Positions 8,810-17,059 of a DNA stretch of 31,969 nt are shown piece by piece. The position numbers and the translations under genes were made by a program. The notes beneath the pieces were generated by a model. That model searched no databases and was not told where the DNA came from. It was given only the letters and a program-made list of their open reading frames with translations. Source of the stretch: a virus (Duplodnaviria > Heunggongvirae > Uroviricota > Caudoviricetes); the IMG/VR virus record IMGVR_UViG_3300046543_000050; one strand, 5' to 3'. Each line of letters starts with the position of its first letter. The first letter of the stretch is position 1.

Positions 8810-9142
8810 TTAGTTCAGTGTGCTGATGTTGGACAGAATTCCCAGACCCTTCGCGTAGACACCCGCGCGCTGTGCGTGCTTGAGGATCGCCGCAATCATT
8901 CCCTTCTTGGGAAGCTGGTTGAACGGGAGGATCACGTCCACGTCCTGACCGTCCAGTTCGCCGTGACAGTACGACACATCCCATGCCGGGTAGCCCGGAT
9001 CGCTCAACAAGCGAAGACGCGTCACCTTCAGGCCCTTCGTCGTCCAGTCCACGCTACCGCCGTGGTTGTTCGTGCGGGCCTTGTGGTACTCCGTGCCGTT
9101 GGTCAGACCGTTCGTTTCTTGCGTGCCGTAGAGGTTGGTCAT
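8810..9142 (-). CDS. Hypothetical protein, first gene of the early block
   Basis: GGGAG RBS before the ATG at 9142, directly downstream of a sigma70-type promoter. Confidence 0.75.
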   Translation of the reverse strand: MTNLYGTQETNGLTNGTEYHKARTNNHGGSVDWTTKGLKVTRLRLLSDPGYPAWDVSYCHGELDGQDVDVILPFNQLPKKGMIAAILKHAQRAGVYAKGLGILSNISTLN

Positions 9143-9155
9143 GTCCGTCACTCCC

Positions 9156-9161
9156 TAAATA
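9156..9161 (+). promoter_or_regulatory. Putative late promoter for gp5 (CTAAATA)
   Basis: CCTAAATAG about 78 nt upstream of the gp5 ATG. Resembles T4 TATAAATA. Confidence 0.55.
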
Positions 9162-9173
9162 GTTGATGTACGA

Positions 9174-9203
9174 ATCTTACCCGAACACAGGAACAGGTGT
9201 CAA
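9174..9203 (-). promoter_or_regulatory. Sigma70-type early promoter
   Basis: TTGACA-18 nt-TAAGAT on the - strand. Confidence 0.7.
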
Positions 9204-9238
9204 CAACTTTCGTGTTTGGGAATTCACCAAGGGTAAAA

Positions 9239-12229
9239 ATGGAATATTTTGTCGGCGTCGTTGAAGACCGGTTCGATCCTCTCGAACTTGGTCGCTGTCG
9301 TGTGCGTGTGTTCGGCGTCCACACAGACAACAAGGGAGACTTGCCAACGGCTGATTTGCCGTGGGCTATGCCTATCACGCCTATCCACAGCGCGAGCACG
9401 TCAGGGGTTGGTACGTCACCTACAGGCATCGTTCAAGGGGCATGGGTGGTCGGCTTCTATCTCGATGGAGAGGACCGTCAACAGTTCATGATGTCGGGTA
9501 CGCTCACGTCGATTCAAGCGGCCACGTTGATCAAATCGTCCAACACATCATCTACCACGACGAGTACGTCAAGTTCGCCTGTTGCTAAGGCGGCACAAGC
9601 TGCGGCGGCTGTAACAGATTCGACGCCAGTTGTCAATAGTGTGTCGGGTACGGTCGATCCGACCACGGTTCGTCAACCGGGCGGTTGGGTTCTGGGTCAG
9701 ACTTCGAAGAAGTACGAAGTTGGGGCGGCAGGGGCGGGCGCGATCAACGATTACAACGGTAAAGCATCCGGTGACTTCGGTGGTGCGCAATACGGCATTC
9801 CACAGTTCCCATCGTACCTACCGGCCAAGATGCCTTCGGGTAAGTCACGGAAGAATCCGTCGAATTCGCCTGTCATCCAGTTTGTCGGTTCGTGCCGATT
9901 CGCAAATCAATTTGCGGGTCTTACGCCAGCTACGTCAGCATTCGATACGTGTTGGAAGAATGTCGCCGCTGCGAATCCGATTCAGTTCGAGGAAGACCAA
10001 CACGCATTCGTTAAGCGTACTCACTATGACGTGATGATCGGCAACCTGAAACGGGCTGGCCTTGATCTGACATCGTTCGGTGCTGGCGTACAGGACTTGG
10101 TATGGTCAACTGCGGTGCAGCTTGGACCGGCTTTCATTTCGGTATTCACGACGCCGTTGAAGGGTCAAACACGTCTCGATGACGTGACGATCATCAACTT
10201 GGTATCGGACTACAAGATTCAGAACACTGGCATCATCTTCAAGAGTTCGTCCGCTGCGTATCAGCATAGTCTCGCGACGGGTCGCTTCCCGAATGAGAAG
10301 CGGGATTTGCTCAAGCTGGCGTCACAGTACAACAGCGCGAAACAGATCGCATCGACGGCGGCAGAGAAGGACACGGTTATTCCGCCGAAGCCGGTTACGC
10401 CGATCCCCGCGAACCCTGACGTACTGAATGCGGTAACGCAAGTCTTCGCATCCAATACCACGACTGAGACGGTGTTCAATCTGAAGACCGATTCGGACAA
10501 TCGTAGCCTTCTGGCGACAGTTGCAGCGGGCTTTAGTGATCCTGATGGTGTCTACCCTCTGAAAGAGTATGACAACCTTCCTGACACGAACAAGCTGGCG
10601 CGCGGTATCTCGACCGGGACATCGGCAGAGGCCAAGTCATTGAATCGTGCGACGGGCATCCGTACCACGGACGGTGATGCATTCGATCAGCCGTTGAATC
10701 CGTTCAATGCGCAGTACCCCTACAACAAGGTGTTCCAATCGGAATCGGGTCACGTTGTTGAATACGATGATACGCCCGGTTCGGAACGTATCAATGTCTA
10801 TCATACGTCTGGCACATTCACGGAAATCGACGCATACGGAAACATGACGCGTCGCGTGGTTGGTTCGGACTACCAAATTACGGACGGGAATGGCTATGTA
10901 CGTGTGGAAGGCCGTTGTCATATCAGTGTTGGCGGTTCTTGCAATATCACTGTCGCAGCAGACGCCAATATCGAAGTCGATGGGGATGCATCAATCACAG
11001 TCGGAAACGATCTTGTGGCAGAGGCCGGTGGACGGGTTCAGATAAGCGCAGCGGAAGCGATGGACCTTCGTGCGCCGAACATCTATATCGAAGCCGACGA
11101 AGAACTTCACCTGACGGCTGGTTCGAAGATCAACATCGAGTCACAAGGCCCGATCAGCCAGAAGTCGGCTACGGCCACGATGATCGAAGCGGGGAACAAT
11201 TTGGAAGTGACGGTTGGTGCAGACTACAACCTGAATGCTGGCGGTCATGGCAACATCCAGACGACCGGTGATGCGAACATTCAGGCGGGTGGTTCTGCGA
11301 AGGTGTATGGCACATCGTCATCGCACCTGAAGTCAGCGGGTTCAACGAACCTCGATGGCGCAACGATGAACATTCAGGCTGGCGCTTCGGTTCAGGCCGA
11401 TGGTGCAAGTCCGGTTGCTCCTGAAGATGCAGAGTTCTCGGAAGCTGGTTTGTTGGATGGTCGCACTGACTACGTGGAAGATGTCTTTGATGATGAGTTC
11501 CCGATCATCAAGTCCGACCGTACAGCACTGGCAGTAGAAACGCCAGAAGAAGCCGCTAATGGCGGCACAGCGACGATTCAGGCGGCACTGGTGGCCGATG
11601 GTACTGCGACGATCACGGAACTGACTGCGGCCCCTGTATCGCAATCTATTGCACCTGTGGTTCCTGTAGTTCTGCCGACGATTGCCGCACCAGTTGCGAA
11701 CTCGAAGTCGGACCCGAAGCAGATCGCCTACATCAAAACGTTGTCGGGCATTCCGCTTGGATTCAAGCTGAGTCCGAACTTCACCTTGGGTCAGTTGTCG
11801 GCCAATGCGCCAGCACAACAAGACCGGGTGAGGGCACAATGCAACCTGAGTGAAGGTGAGCTTGTGGCGAACCTGTACGAAGTAGCGATGAACGTATTGG
11901 AACCGATCAAGGCTGCATATCCGAACATGTTTGTGACTAGTGCCTTCCGAGACATCAAGCACAACACAGTGAAGGGCGTAAGCCAGCACTGTCTGGGGCT
12001 TGCAGTTGACATGCAGTTCACTGGTGTGCCTAAGTCGGGCTTCTATGACCTAGCAGGTAAGTTGAGGGGATTACTACCGACCTATGACCAGTTCCTTCTT
12101 GAATACAAGTCATTCGGTACTGGAAATCCGTGGATTCATGTGTCCTTCAATTCGAAGGGAAATCGCGGACAAGTGCTGACCATGTTCAACAACAAGGTAC
12201 ATGGGAACGGACTTATCAAGTTGGCCTAA
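9239..12229 (+). CDS. Baseplate central spike gp5 with lysozyme-like domain and C-terminal M15 peptidase
   Basis: OB fold FVGVVEDRFDPLELGRCRVR...LPWA. Muramidase-like SKKYE...GDFGGAQYG...QF. gp5 core YPYNKVFQSESGHVVEYDDTPGSERI, then beta-helix repeats. M15 motifs LSPNFTL, SQHCLGLAVD, WIHVS. Start revised to MEYFVG. Confidence 0.92.
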   Translation: MEYFVGVVEDRFDPLELGRCRVRVFGVHTDNKGDLPTADLPWAMPITPIHSASTSGVGTSPTGIVQGAWVVGFYLDGEDRQQFMMSGTLTSIQAATLIKSSNTSSTTTSTSSSPVAKAAQAAAAVTDSTPVVNSVSGTVDPTTVRQPGGWVLGQTSKKYEVGAAGAGAINDYNGKASGDFGGAQYGIPQFPSYLPAKMPSGKSRKNPSNSPVIQFVGSCRFANQFAGLTPATSAFDTCWKNVAAANPIQFEEDQHAFVKRTHYDVMIGNLKRAGLDLTSFGAGVQDLVWSTAVQLGPAFISVFTTPLKGQTRLDDVTIINLVSDYKIQNTGIIFKSSSAAYQHSLATGRFPNEKRDLLKLASQYNSAKQIASTAAEKDTVIPPKPVTPIPANPDVLNAVTQVFASNTTTETVFNLKTDSDNRSLLATVAAGFSDPDGVYPLKEYDNLPDTNKLARGISTGTSAEAKSLNRATGIRTTDGDAFDQPLNPFNAQYPYNKVFQSESGHVVEYDDTPGSERINVYHTSGTFTEIDAYGNMTRRVVGSDYQITDGNGYVRVEGRCHISVGGSCNITVAADANIEVDGDASITVGNDLVAEAGGRVQISAAEAMDLRAPNIYIEADEELHLTAGSKINIESQGPISQKSATATMIEAGNNLEVTVGADYNLNAGGHGNIQTTGDANIQAGGSAKVYGTSSSHLKSAGSTNLDGATMNIQAGASVQADGASPVAPEDAEFSEAGLLDGRTDYVEDVFDDEFPIIKSDRTALAVETPEEAANGGTATIQAALVADGTATITELTAAPVSQSIAPVVPVVLPTIAAPVANSKSDPKQIAYIKTLSGIPLGFKLSPNFTLGQLSANAPAQQDRVRAQCNLSEGELVANLYEVAMNVLEPIKAAYPNMFVTSAFRDIKHNTVKGVSQHCLGLAVDMQFTGVPKSGFYDLAGKLRGLLPTYDQFLLEYKSFGTGNPWIHVSFNSKGNRGQVLTMFNNKVHGNGLIKLA

Positions 12230-12230
12230 G

Positions 12231-12398
12231 AAATCAGTTCTGGCGAAGCCCGCGCGAAGCGCAATATTGTATCCAATTGGGTCCAATCGTTAACTATGTT
12301 AGCACCTGCGGTGCGGGCTTCGCCAAGAACTGGTTTGTTCTCGACTAGTTACTGACTAGTGTTTAACTATTCGTAACTATGAACAGGCGCTTCGCGCG
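12231..12398. repeat. Non-coding inverted-repeat / mini-hairpin element
   Basis: 12231-12255 pairs with 12311-12336. 12251-12262 is the exact reverse complement of 12387-12398. TAACTAT occurs three times and GACTAGT twice. Confidence 0.8.
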
Positions 12399-12625
12399 TA
12401 AGGAAAGAAACCCCCTGTGAAAGAACCTTATTGTGAACGCAAACGTGGACTACTCCTAAGTGATGCCGCGTTCGACGTTATTTAAAGACGACTGCACTTA
12501 ATGCTGGTGGTATTCGTCTCTCCGCGTCCAAGGAAGGTATTGGTCGCTGCGGGTCTATTTTGTCACATGGTTTGTTTCCACGTTGTGATGCTGTCGGCGA
12601 CTGTCTACGCCATCGTTTGGTCTAT

Positions 12626-13087
12626 TTATGCGTAAGATTTCTTGGGAGTGTTCTTCGCCAGAAATCTCAGTACGGCTGTGTTGTGATCTTGCTTCTTCTG
12701 TTGCTGAGTCTTGCGCGGTGGTTCAACCTTCATCGCATACCGATTGGCATCAAGATCGCCAGCTTCCGACATCATGTGGAATGCATAGGTCATCTTGTTT
12801 CGTGCAGAAGCGCCAATAGCGAACATACCCGCCAAGAGGCGATGTAGTTCGTAGTGTTCTTGTGCAGTTATATACACGATGTTTGACTCCACATCCGATC
12901 CTCCAAGTGATCTTGGATGAACATGATGTCCGTGGACAACGCCACTATACAATCTGGACTTGGCATCAAAACGATCACTACTTCGAACTGCGTATTTCTT
13001 TGCAAGTTCGAAGTAGTTGACGGACACCTTGGTTTTCAGGAAGCCATCGACTTCCATGAGACTCATAAGATGGTCTGTTACTGACAT
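12626..13087 (-). CDS. HNH (homing-type) endonuclease
   Basis: HHVHPRSLGGSDVESNIVYITAQEHYELHRLL matches the HHIxPxxxGGxDxxxNxxxLTxxEHxxxHxLL pattern of free-standing phage HNH nucleases. Confidence 0.88.
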   Translation of the reverse strand: MSVTDHLMSLMEVDGFLKTKVSVNYFELAKKYAVRSSDRFDAKSRLYSGVVHGHHVHPRSLGGSDVESNIVYITAQEHYELHRLLAGMFAIGASARNKMTYAFHMMSEAGDLDANRYAMKVEPPRKTQQQKKQDHNTAVLRFLAKNTPKKSYA

Positions 13088-13500
13088 TACTTCTTTTTCT
13101 TTCCCGGTTTCTTCTTACCACGATTCTCTACGTCGCGGATCGTCTGTGCCTGTTCAGAGGCTTCCTCGGCCCGGATAGCTGCGTAGACCGCCTTCATCGC
13201 TTCCGAGACTACCTTGCCTTCCTCACGCATTGCAATCATGCGGTCAAACGCTTTGGCACGTTCCTCGAACGTCAGTTCTTGTGCCTTGGTCTTCAGCAAC
13301 TTCTCGGCTGGTCCCCACGTCTGGTGCGACGAGATACAGACCGTGATTTCTACTCCATCGTAGTCCGAAACATCAGTCGCAACCACGTTGAACACGTTGC
13401 CACTCGATACAAACCTCTTGCGACTGTCGCGGTACATCCCGTCTGTCTTGGCGATGATGGCCCGCGCGGTACTCGCTACTTCAATTCTCAAATCACGCAT
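13087..13500 (-). CDS. Hypothetical protein with basic C-terminal tail
   Basis: Long ORF, start probably MRDLRIE. TAATG coupling to the HNH gene. Confidence 0.7.
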   Translation of the reverse strand: MRDLRIEVASTARAIIAKTDGMYRDSRKRFVSSGNVFNVVATDVSDYDGVEITVCISSHQTWGPAEKLLKTKAQELTFEERAKAFDRMIAMREEGKVVSEAMKAVYAAIRAEEASEQAQTIRDVENRGKKKPGKKKK

Positions 13501-13688
13501 TTCTTCTTCCACTCTGCATAGGGGATAAAGTTCCCCTCGCTCCACCACTCGTTACGCCAGTCCAACTTGTATCGATCACCGAACAGGGTTTGGTCTACTT
13601 CCTCAATCGTGAACGGCGGCAGACCGGGTTGAGTCCTGTTACGGAACGCAACCTTGTCCCCAACTTTGTACTTCGGATGATCAAACAT
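13488..13688 (-). CDS. Small SH3/KOW-like hypothetical protein
   Basis: PKYKVGDKVAF...FTIEEV...YKL...WWSE pattern. Confidence 0.6.
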   Translation of the reverse strand: MFDHPKYKVGDKVAFRNRTQPGLPPFTIEEVDQTLFGDRYKLDWRNEWWSEGNFIPYAEWKKKCVI

Positions 13689-13918
13689 TATCGGTCCAAC
13701 GATCCATAACCGTAGATGTCTGGCATCCGGCCATTATTACCAACTGACTTGGTTGCGACGTGTCTACATACCGGACACCTGATGGACAGATAGTCGCCAT
13801 CCCTCGGATCACAGTGATATACAGCTTCGTCCTTCTGGAAGCGGAACTCGGTCTTGCAATGCCGACACGTCACGTCATACGTGTGAACCGGGATTTCCCC
13901 GCGTTTGATGATTTCCAT
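13688..13918 (-). CDS. Zinc-ribbon protein
   Basis: CRHC...CPVC. Confidence 0.75.
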   Translation of the reverse strand: MEIIKRGEIPVHTYDVTCRHCKTEFRFQKDEAVYHCDPRDGDYLSIRCPVCRHVATKSVGNNGRMPDIYGYGSLDR

Positions 13919-13931
13919 GTTCTAATCTCGC

Positions 13932-13942
13932 ATTATACCACA
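13932..13942 (-). promoter_or_regulatory. Extended -10 promoter
   Basis: TGTGGTATAAT on the - strand in the intergenic gap upstream of 13918. Confidence 0.6.
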
Positions 13943-13954
13943 GTTGGGAATTGA

Positions 13955-14107
13955 TTACTTCTTCTTTTTTGCATCGCGCGTCTTCTTCTCGGCTTCGAGC
14001 ATCGCGCGCAACAGTTCAAGTTCCTGAAGCTGCACAGGCATCGTGTGGTGTTCGCCGCACGACTTGGCAGTGTCGATCAGGTATTCGAGGTATTCTTCGG
14101 CGTTCAT
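13955..14107 (-). CDS. Hypothetical protein (50 aa, not in the ORF track)
   Basis: MNAEEYLEYLIDTAKSCGEHH...AKKKK, ATGA-coupled. Confidence 0.65.
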   Translation of the reverse strand: MNAEEYLEYLIDTAKSCGEHHTMPVQLQELELLRAMLEAEKKTRDAKKKK

Positions 14108-14301
14108 GATGCGAGAAGTTTGTTGATGAATGCGTCCGTCATTTCATCGAGACGTTCGGGTGTGATTTCGCCAAGCTTGGCGATGAACTCACGATGAACC
14201 CAGTAACGCATGGCGTCTTGTTCAAGATAGGGATAGCGACCATCACCATCCATCTCGCCAATGGCATCACCCATCTTGTCGATCAGTTCACTCTTGGTCA
14301 T
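14104..14301 (-). CDS. Hypothetical protein
   Basis: ATGA-coupled at both ends. Confidence 0.7.
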   Translation of the reverse strand: MTKSELIDKMGDAIGEMDGDGRYPYLEQDAMRYWVHREFIAKLGEITPERLDEMTDAFINKLLAS

Positions 14302-14471
14302 TGTGGTTTCGTGCCCCGATTGTCAACAACGGTCCAACCAAGTCGGATCGATGAATCAATCCAGTCAAAGTAGTCGAGTTTATACGGCTTGCGAAGCTTC
14401 TTCTCCATCTTGGCGCGATGCTCGCAGAAGGCGAGGAAGCATTCGGTGGTGGTTTCCTTCTGATGGCTCAT
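14298..14471 (-). CDS. Hypothetical protein (57 aa, not in the ORF track)
   Basis: MSHQKETTTECFLAFCEHRAKMEKK...GTKPQ, ATGA-coupled at both ends. Confidence 0.7.
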   Translation of the reverse strand: MSHQKETTTECFLAFCEHRAKMEKKLRKPYKLDYFDWIDSSIRLGWTVVDNRGTKPQ

Positions 14472-14755
14472 AGCGGGTTCCCGTTCTTGGTGACTGCGTA
14501 GTTGATGTCGAGATTTTCAGTTCTCTTGTTTTCTTCCAGTTGTTGACAGATGATGTTCGCCAATATCTTGTCCATCTGTTCGAACCTCGGCATCGCTCTG
14601 CGCAACAGGTAGACGATTTCTTCCTCAACCGTATCTTCGTTCAAGATCATCTCGTCAATGCGTTCGAGTGCCTTACACACGCGAACCGCGACATGCTCGA
14701 TGGAACTGTCCGTCAGCATATCGCGTACTTCTTCCAGTGCCTTGCGGTAGAACAT
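14468..14755 (-). CDS. Hypothetical protein
   Basis: Coupled ORF in the run. Confidence 0.7.
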   Translation of the reverse strand: MFYRKALEEVRDMLTDSSIEHVAVRVCKALERIDEMILNEDTVEEEIVYLLRRAMPRFEQMDKILANIICQQLEENKRTENLDINYAVTKNGNPL

Positions 14756-14946
14756 CAGGGTTGCTCCGGTTTGGTGTCCTGTTTGATCAGGGCTTCCATG
14801 AATGCGACTTTCAACGCACGGCGGGCTTCGACCCGTTCGCGTGATGTGCCATGAAGCTGTGCGTGTTGATACTCGTCAATCAGGTCTTCGAACTTGTCGT
14901 ATGCCGCTTGTTGGTCTTCATTCAGAAAATGTCGTAGGATTGACAT
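14755..14946 (-). CDS. Hypothetical protein
   Basis: AAGGAG RBS, TGATG coupling. Confidence 0.7.
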   Translation of the reverse strand: MSILRHFLNEDQQAAYDKFEDLIDEYQHAQLHGTSRERVEARRALKVAFMEALIKQDTKPEQP

Positions 14947-14957
14947 ATCAATCTCCC

Positions 14958-15203
14958 TTAATCCTTGAACCAGTTGTCGATAGCCTTGTAAGCGAGTGCC
15001 TTGGCTTCCTTGAAGGTCAGCGATAAGTCGTGTGTCAGGTCTTCGCCGCCGATCCCCAGATTGTTCGTGTAGCGCACTTCGAAATACGCGCAGACCTTAC
15101 CGAACGTCTTTCCCTTCTTGCGCTCGATCCACGCGAGCGTCTTGTGTCCTTCGTCTTCGACAGTCCAATCGTTCAGCGATTGTTTCTTCGTGGTCAGTTT
15201 CAT
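14958..15203 (-). CDS. Hypothetical protein
   Basis: AAGGGGG RBS, directly downstream of a strong promoter. Confidence 0.75.
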   Translation of the reverse strand: MKLTTKKQSLNDWTVEDEGHKTLAWIERKKGKTFGKVCAYFEVRYTNNLGIGGEDLTHDLSLTFKEAKALAYKAIDNWFKD

Positions 15204-15204
15204 G

Positions 15205-15447
15205 TCACGCCCCCTTAGTCAGTACGCGTATATTACCAAACTTGGGTTTACGTGTCAACTGCTTCTTGAACACCAGTGGGCGTTCGTAATCGGTAAACGA
15301 GAAGCCCCATGATGTGTTGATCTTGTGAAGCATCGCCAGACCGATCAGGAGGACCGCCACGACGATGTAGGTGATGTACCTACGGATTGGGTCTTGGCCG
15401 GTTGGCCCGCGCCTACGGAGCATCTTCTTCCAAGTTCTACGTCGCAT
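15205..15447 (-). CDS. Small membrane protein
   Basis: GGAGG RBS before MRRRTWKK. One hydrophobic segment YITYIVVAVLLIGLAML. Confidence 0.6.
   Translation of the reverse strand: MRRRTWKKMLRRRGPTGQDPIRRYITYIVVAVLLIGLAMLHKINTSWGFSFTDYERPLVFKKQLTRKPKFGNIRVLTKGA
15230..15258 (-). promoter_or_regulatory. Sigma70-type early promoter
   Basis: TTGACA-17 nt-TAATAT on the - strand. Confidence 0.75.
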
Positions 15448-15459
15448 ATCCAAACCTCC

Positions 15460-15486
15460 AAAACAAAAGGGAGCCATGCGGCCCCC
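15460..15486 (-). terminator. Intrinsic terminator
   Basis: The - strand reads GGGGGCC-GCAT-GGCTCCC followed by TTTTGTTTT. Confidence 0.7.
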
Positions 15487-15496
15487 GGTGAGTCTA

Positions 15497-15823
15497 TCAG
15501 AAATCTAAAATCGGTCGGCTCAGACTGTCTTCAACGTGAACCCGATCAGCGGCATCTTCGATGCAGAACAGCGGCATGTCATCGATCCATACGTCGATAC
15601 TGATGCCGTGCGCGAACATGTAGTCCTTCTTGGCCTGACGGCTGGTGAATGCTATACCGTCAACCTTACCCGTCAGGTCATGGAACACTTGCATACCTTC
15701 TTCTGGCGTGCGCATCGTCACGCAGTAGACCTTGTGACCCTTCTCACGGAAGAATGTGAGGAAGTGATCCCAAGCCTTCGGATCGCGGGTGTAGGTGTTG
15801 TCATAGTCGAGACTGATATTCAT
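15497..15823 (-). CDS. HAD-superfamily phosphatase (minimal, capless)
   Basis: Motif I ISLDYDNT, motif II VYCVT, Lys motif (AKK), motif IV VWIDD. Confidence 0.8.
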   Translation of the reverse strand: MNISLDYDNTYTRDPKAWDHFLTFFREKGHKVYCVTMRTPEEGMQVFHDLTGKVDGIAFTSRQAKKDYMFAHGISIDVWIDDMPLFCIEDAADRVHVEDSLSRPILDF

Positions 15824-15984
15824 TTTTTGTTTCTCGTAAGTTCGAACATCTCGAAAAGTTCTTCGAGACGGTACGATGTGTTCGTGCCGCCATCGGGTGA
15901 ACGCAACACGACCTTGAAATTCTTGATGAACTCATACTCCATCATCAAGCTGTTCCCTCGGCGGCGCATCGCAGCTTCTTTCAT
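15820..15984 (-). CDS. Hypothetical protein (54 aa, not in the ORF track)
   Basis: MKEAAMRRRGNSLMMEYEFIKNFKVVLRSPDGG..., ATGA-coupled to the HAD gene. Confidence 0.55.
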   Translation of the reverse strand: MKEAAMRRRGNSLMMEYEFIKNFKVVLRSPDGGTNTSYRLEELFEMFELTRNKK

Positions 15985-15986
15985 GC

Positions 15987-16014
15987 CGCTGTTCCTTCAG
16001 TTGAAGGAACAGCG
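15987..16014. repeat. Perfect 13-bp inverted repeat
   Basis: CGCTGTTCCTTCA-GT-TGAAGGAACAGCG. Confidence 0.85.
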
Positions 16015-16026
16015 CGTATGGATCAC

Positions 16027-16221
16027 TCACAGACGTGTCCTCATTTCTTCGAGGGCCAGTTCGTCGCGATAGTAGGCTTCTTCGCGGGACTCAGCGGGTC
16101 CGATGTCCTCGGTCAGTTGTGGGCGCTTCTTGCCGAAGATGCGGTCGTAGTTGTCCCGGTAGGCGTCGGACGTACCCTTGGTGGCGATGGCGTCGCCAGT
16201 GATGTCGTTTCGTGATGTCAT
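16027..16221 (-). CDS. Conserved small phage protein
   Basis: RNDITGDAIATK...YRDNYDRIFGKK, a motif I recall from small phage proteins. Confidence 0.7.
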   Translation of the reverse strand: MTSRNDITGDAIATKGTSDAYRDNYDRIFGKKRPQLTEDIGPAESREEAYYRDELALEEMRTRL

Positions 16222-16312
16222 GCGAAAAATTTAAAGTAAACGGCTACAGCAGTTGCAATCAATCCGATCACAATCCACGGCGTCGGATCGGGCGGGATGA
16301 AGTGGGCGACCC

Positions 16313-16618
16313 TCACCGTAGCATCTCAACTGGCAGCGGGAAGTCGAGAAGATTCGCGACCTTCTGTTTGACCCAATTGTCATCGCCCAGACGACGCAAT
16401 TCGTGTTCCTTCGCGATCAGCCGCGAATCATTCCCGAACTCGACACGATAGCATCGTTCCAGAATTTCGGGACGACCTTGCACCATCATGTGATGCTTGT
16501 TCAGCAATTCAACAACTTCGCATTCTTCGCCATTGAATTGCAGACGTGTCGGAACGTCCGTCCACGTTGGGTCCATGTAGGCGACACAGATGTCACCTAC
16601 GACGAATTTGTGGCTCAC
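16313..16618 (-). CDS. Hypothetical protein (SH3-like)
   Basis: KFVVGDIC...GEECEVVE...YRVEF...EHELRRL. Confidence 0.65.
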   Translation of the reverse strand: MSHKFVVGDICVAYMDPTWTDVPTRLQFNGEECEVVELLNKHHMMVQGRPEILERCYRVEFGNDSRLIAKEHELRRLGDDNWVKQKVANLLDFPLPVEMLR

Positions 16619-17028
16619 AGTACTTCCTCGTGGAACACGGTGTCATCAATGAATACCACGGCATCATGCCCGTAGTACCCATTGTGTTCGTTGTAGGCGA
16701 CCAGTTGCATCGTTCCCCAATCCGTCGAGAAGTTCACGAACATGCAGTTGGAGACTTCTTCCTCTTGCAACGGCTTCACGTTCAGGGCAGTGTCAACGAT
16801 CTTGATTTCCAACAGCGTCGCGCCGACGAATTCATTGATGTCGTCATTGGTCGTCAGGTAGCCCCAATGTTCGCAGCACGACTGACTGTTCGAAATACCA
16901 ACCTTGATCTGGCGTTTATCGGTCTGGATGATGTAGCCATCGAAGTTGTCGAAATAGACGTGCTTACCGAACCCTTGGCGTTCGCGTTTGAAGTCGGTTT
17001 CGTGGATCGCGGTGATTGTTTCGGACAT
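16615..17028 (-). CDS. Conserved phage hypothetical protein
   Basis: QSCCEHWGY...AYNEHNGYYGH motifs. Start probably MSETIT. Confidence 0.75.
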   Translation of the reverse strand: MSETITAIHETDFKRERQGFGKHVYFDNFDGYIIQTDKRQIKVGISNSQSCCEHWGYLTTNDDINEFVGATLLEIKIVDTALNVKPLQEEEVSNCMFVNFSTDWGTMQLVAYNEHNGYYGHDAVVFIDDTVFHEEVL

Positions 17029-17059
17029 CTTGATTTTCTTCTTTGGTTTGGTGTAGTTG

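Noticed and set aside
9239-12229. Intein or intron explaining the large gp5
   Set aside because: The extra length is explained by linkers and two hydrolase domains. No intein C/S...HN-C/S/T splice junctions were evident.
12230-12625. tRNA or group I intron in the non-coding gap
   Set aside because: I could not find a cloverleaf with D and T arm consensus or the intron core elements, and both flanking genes appear complete.
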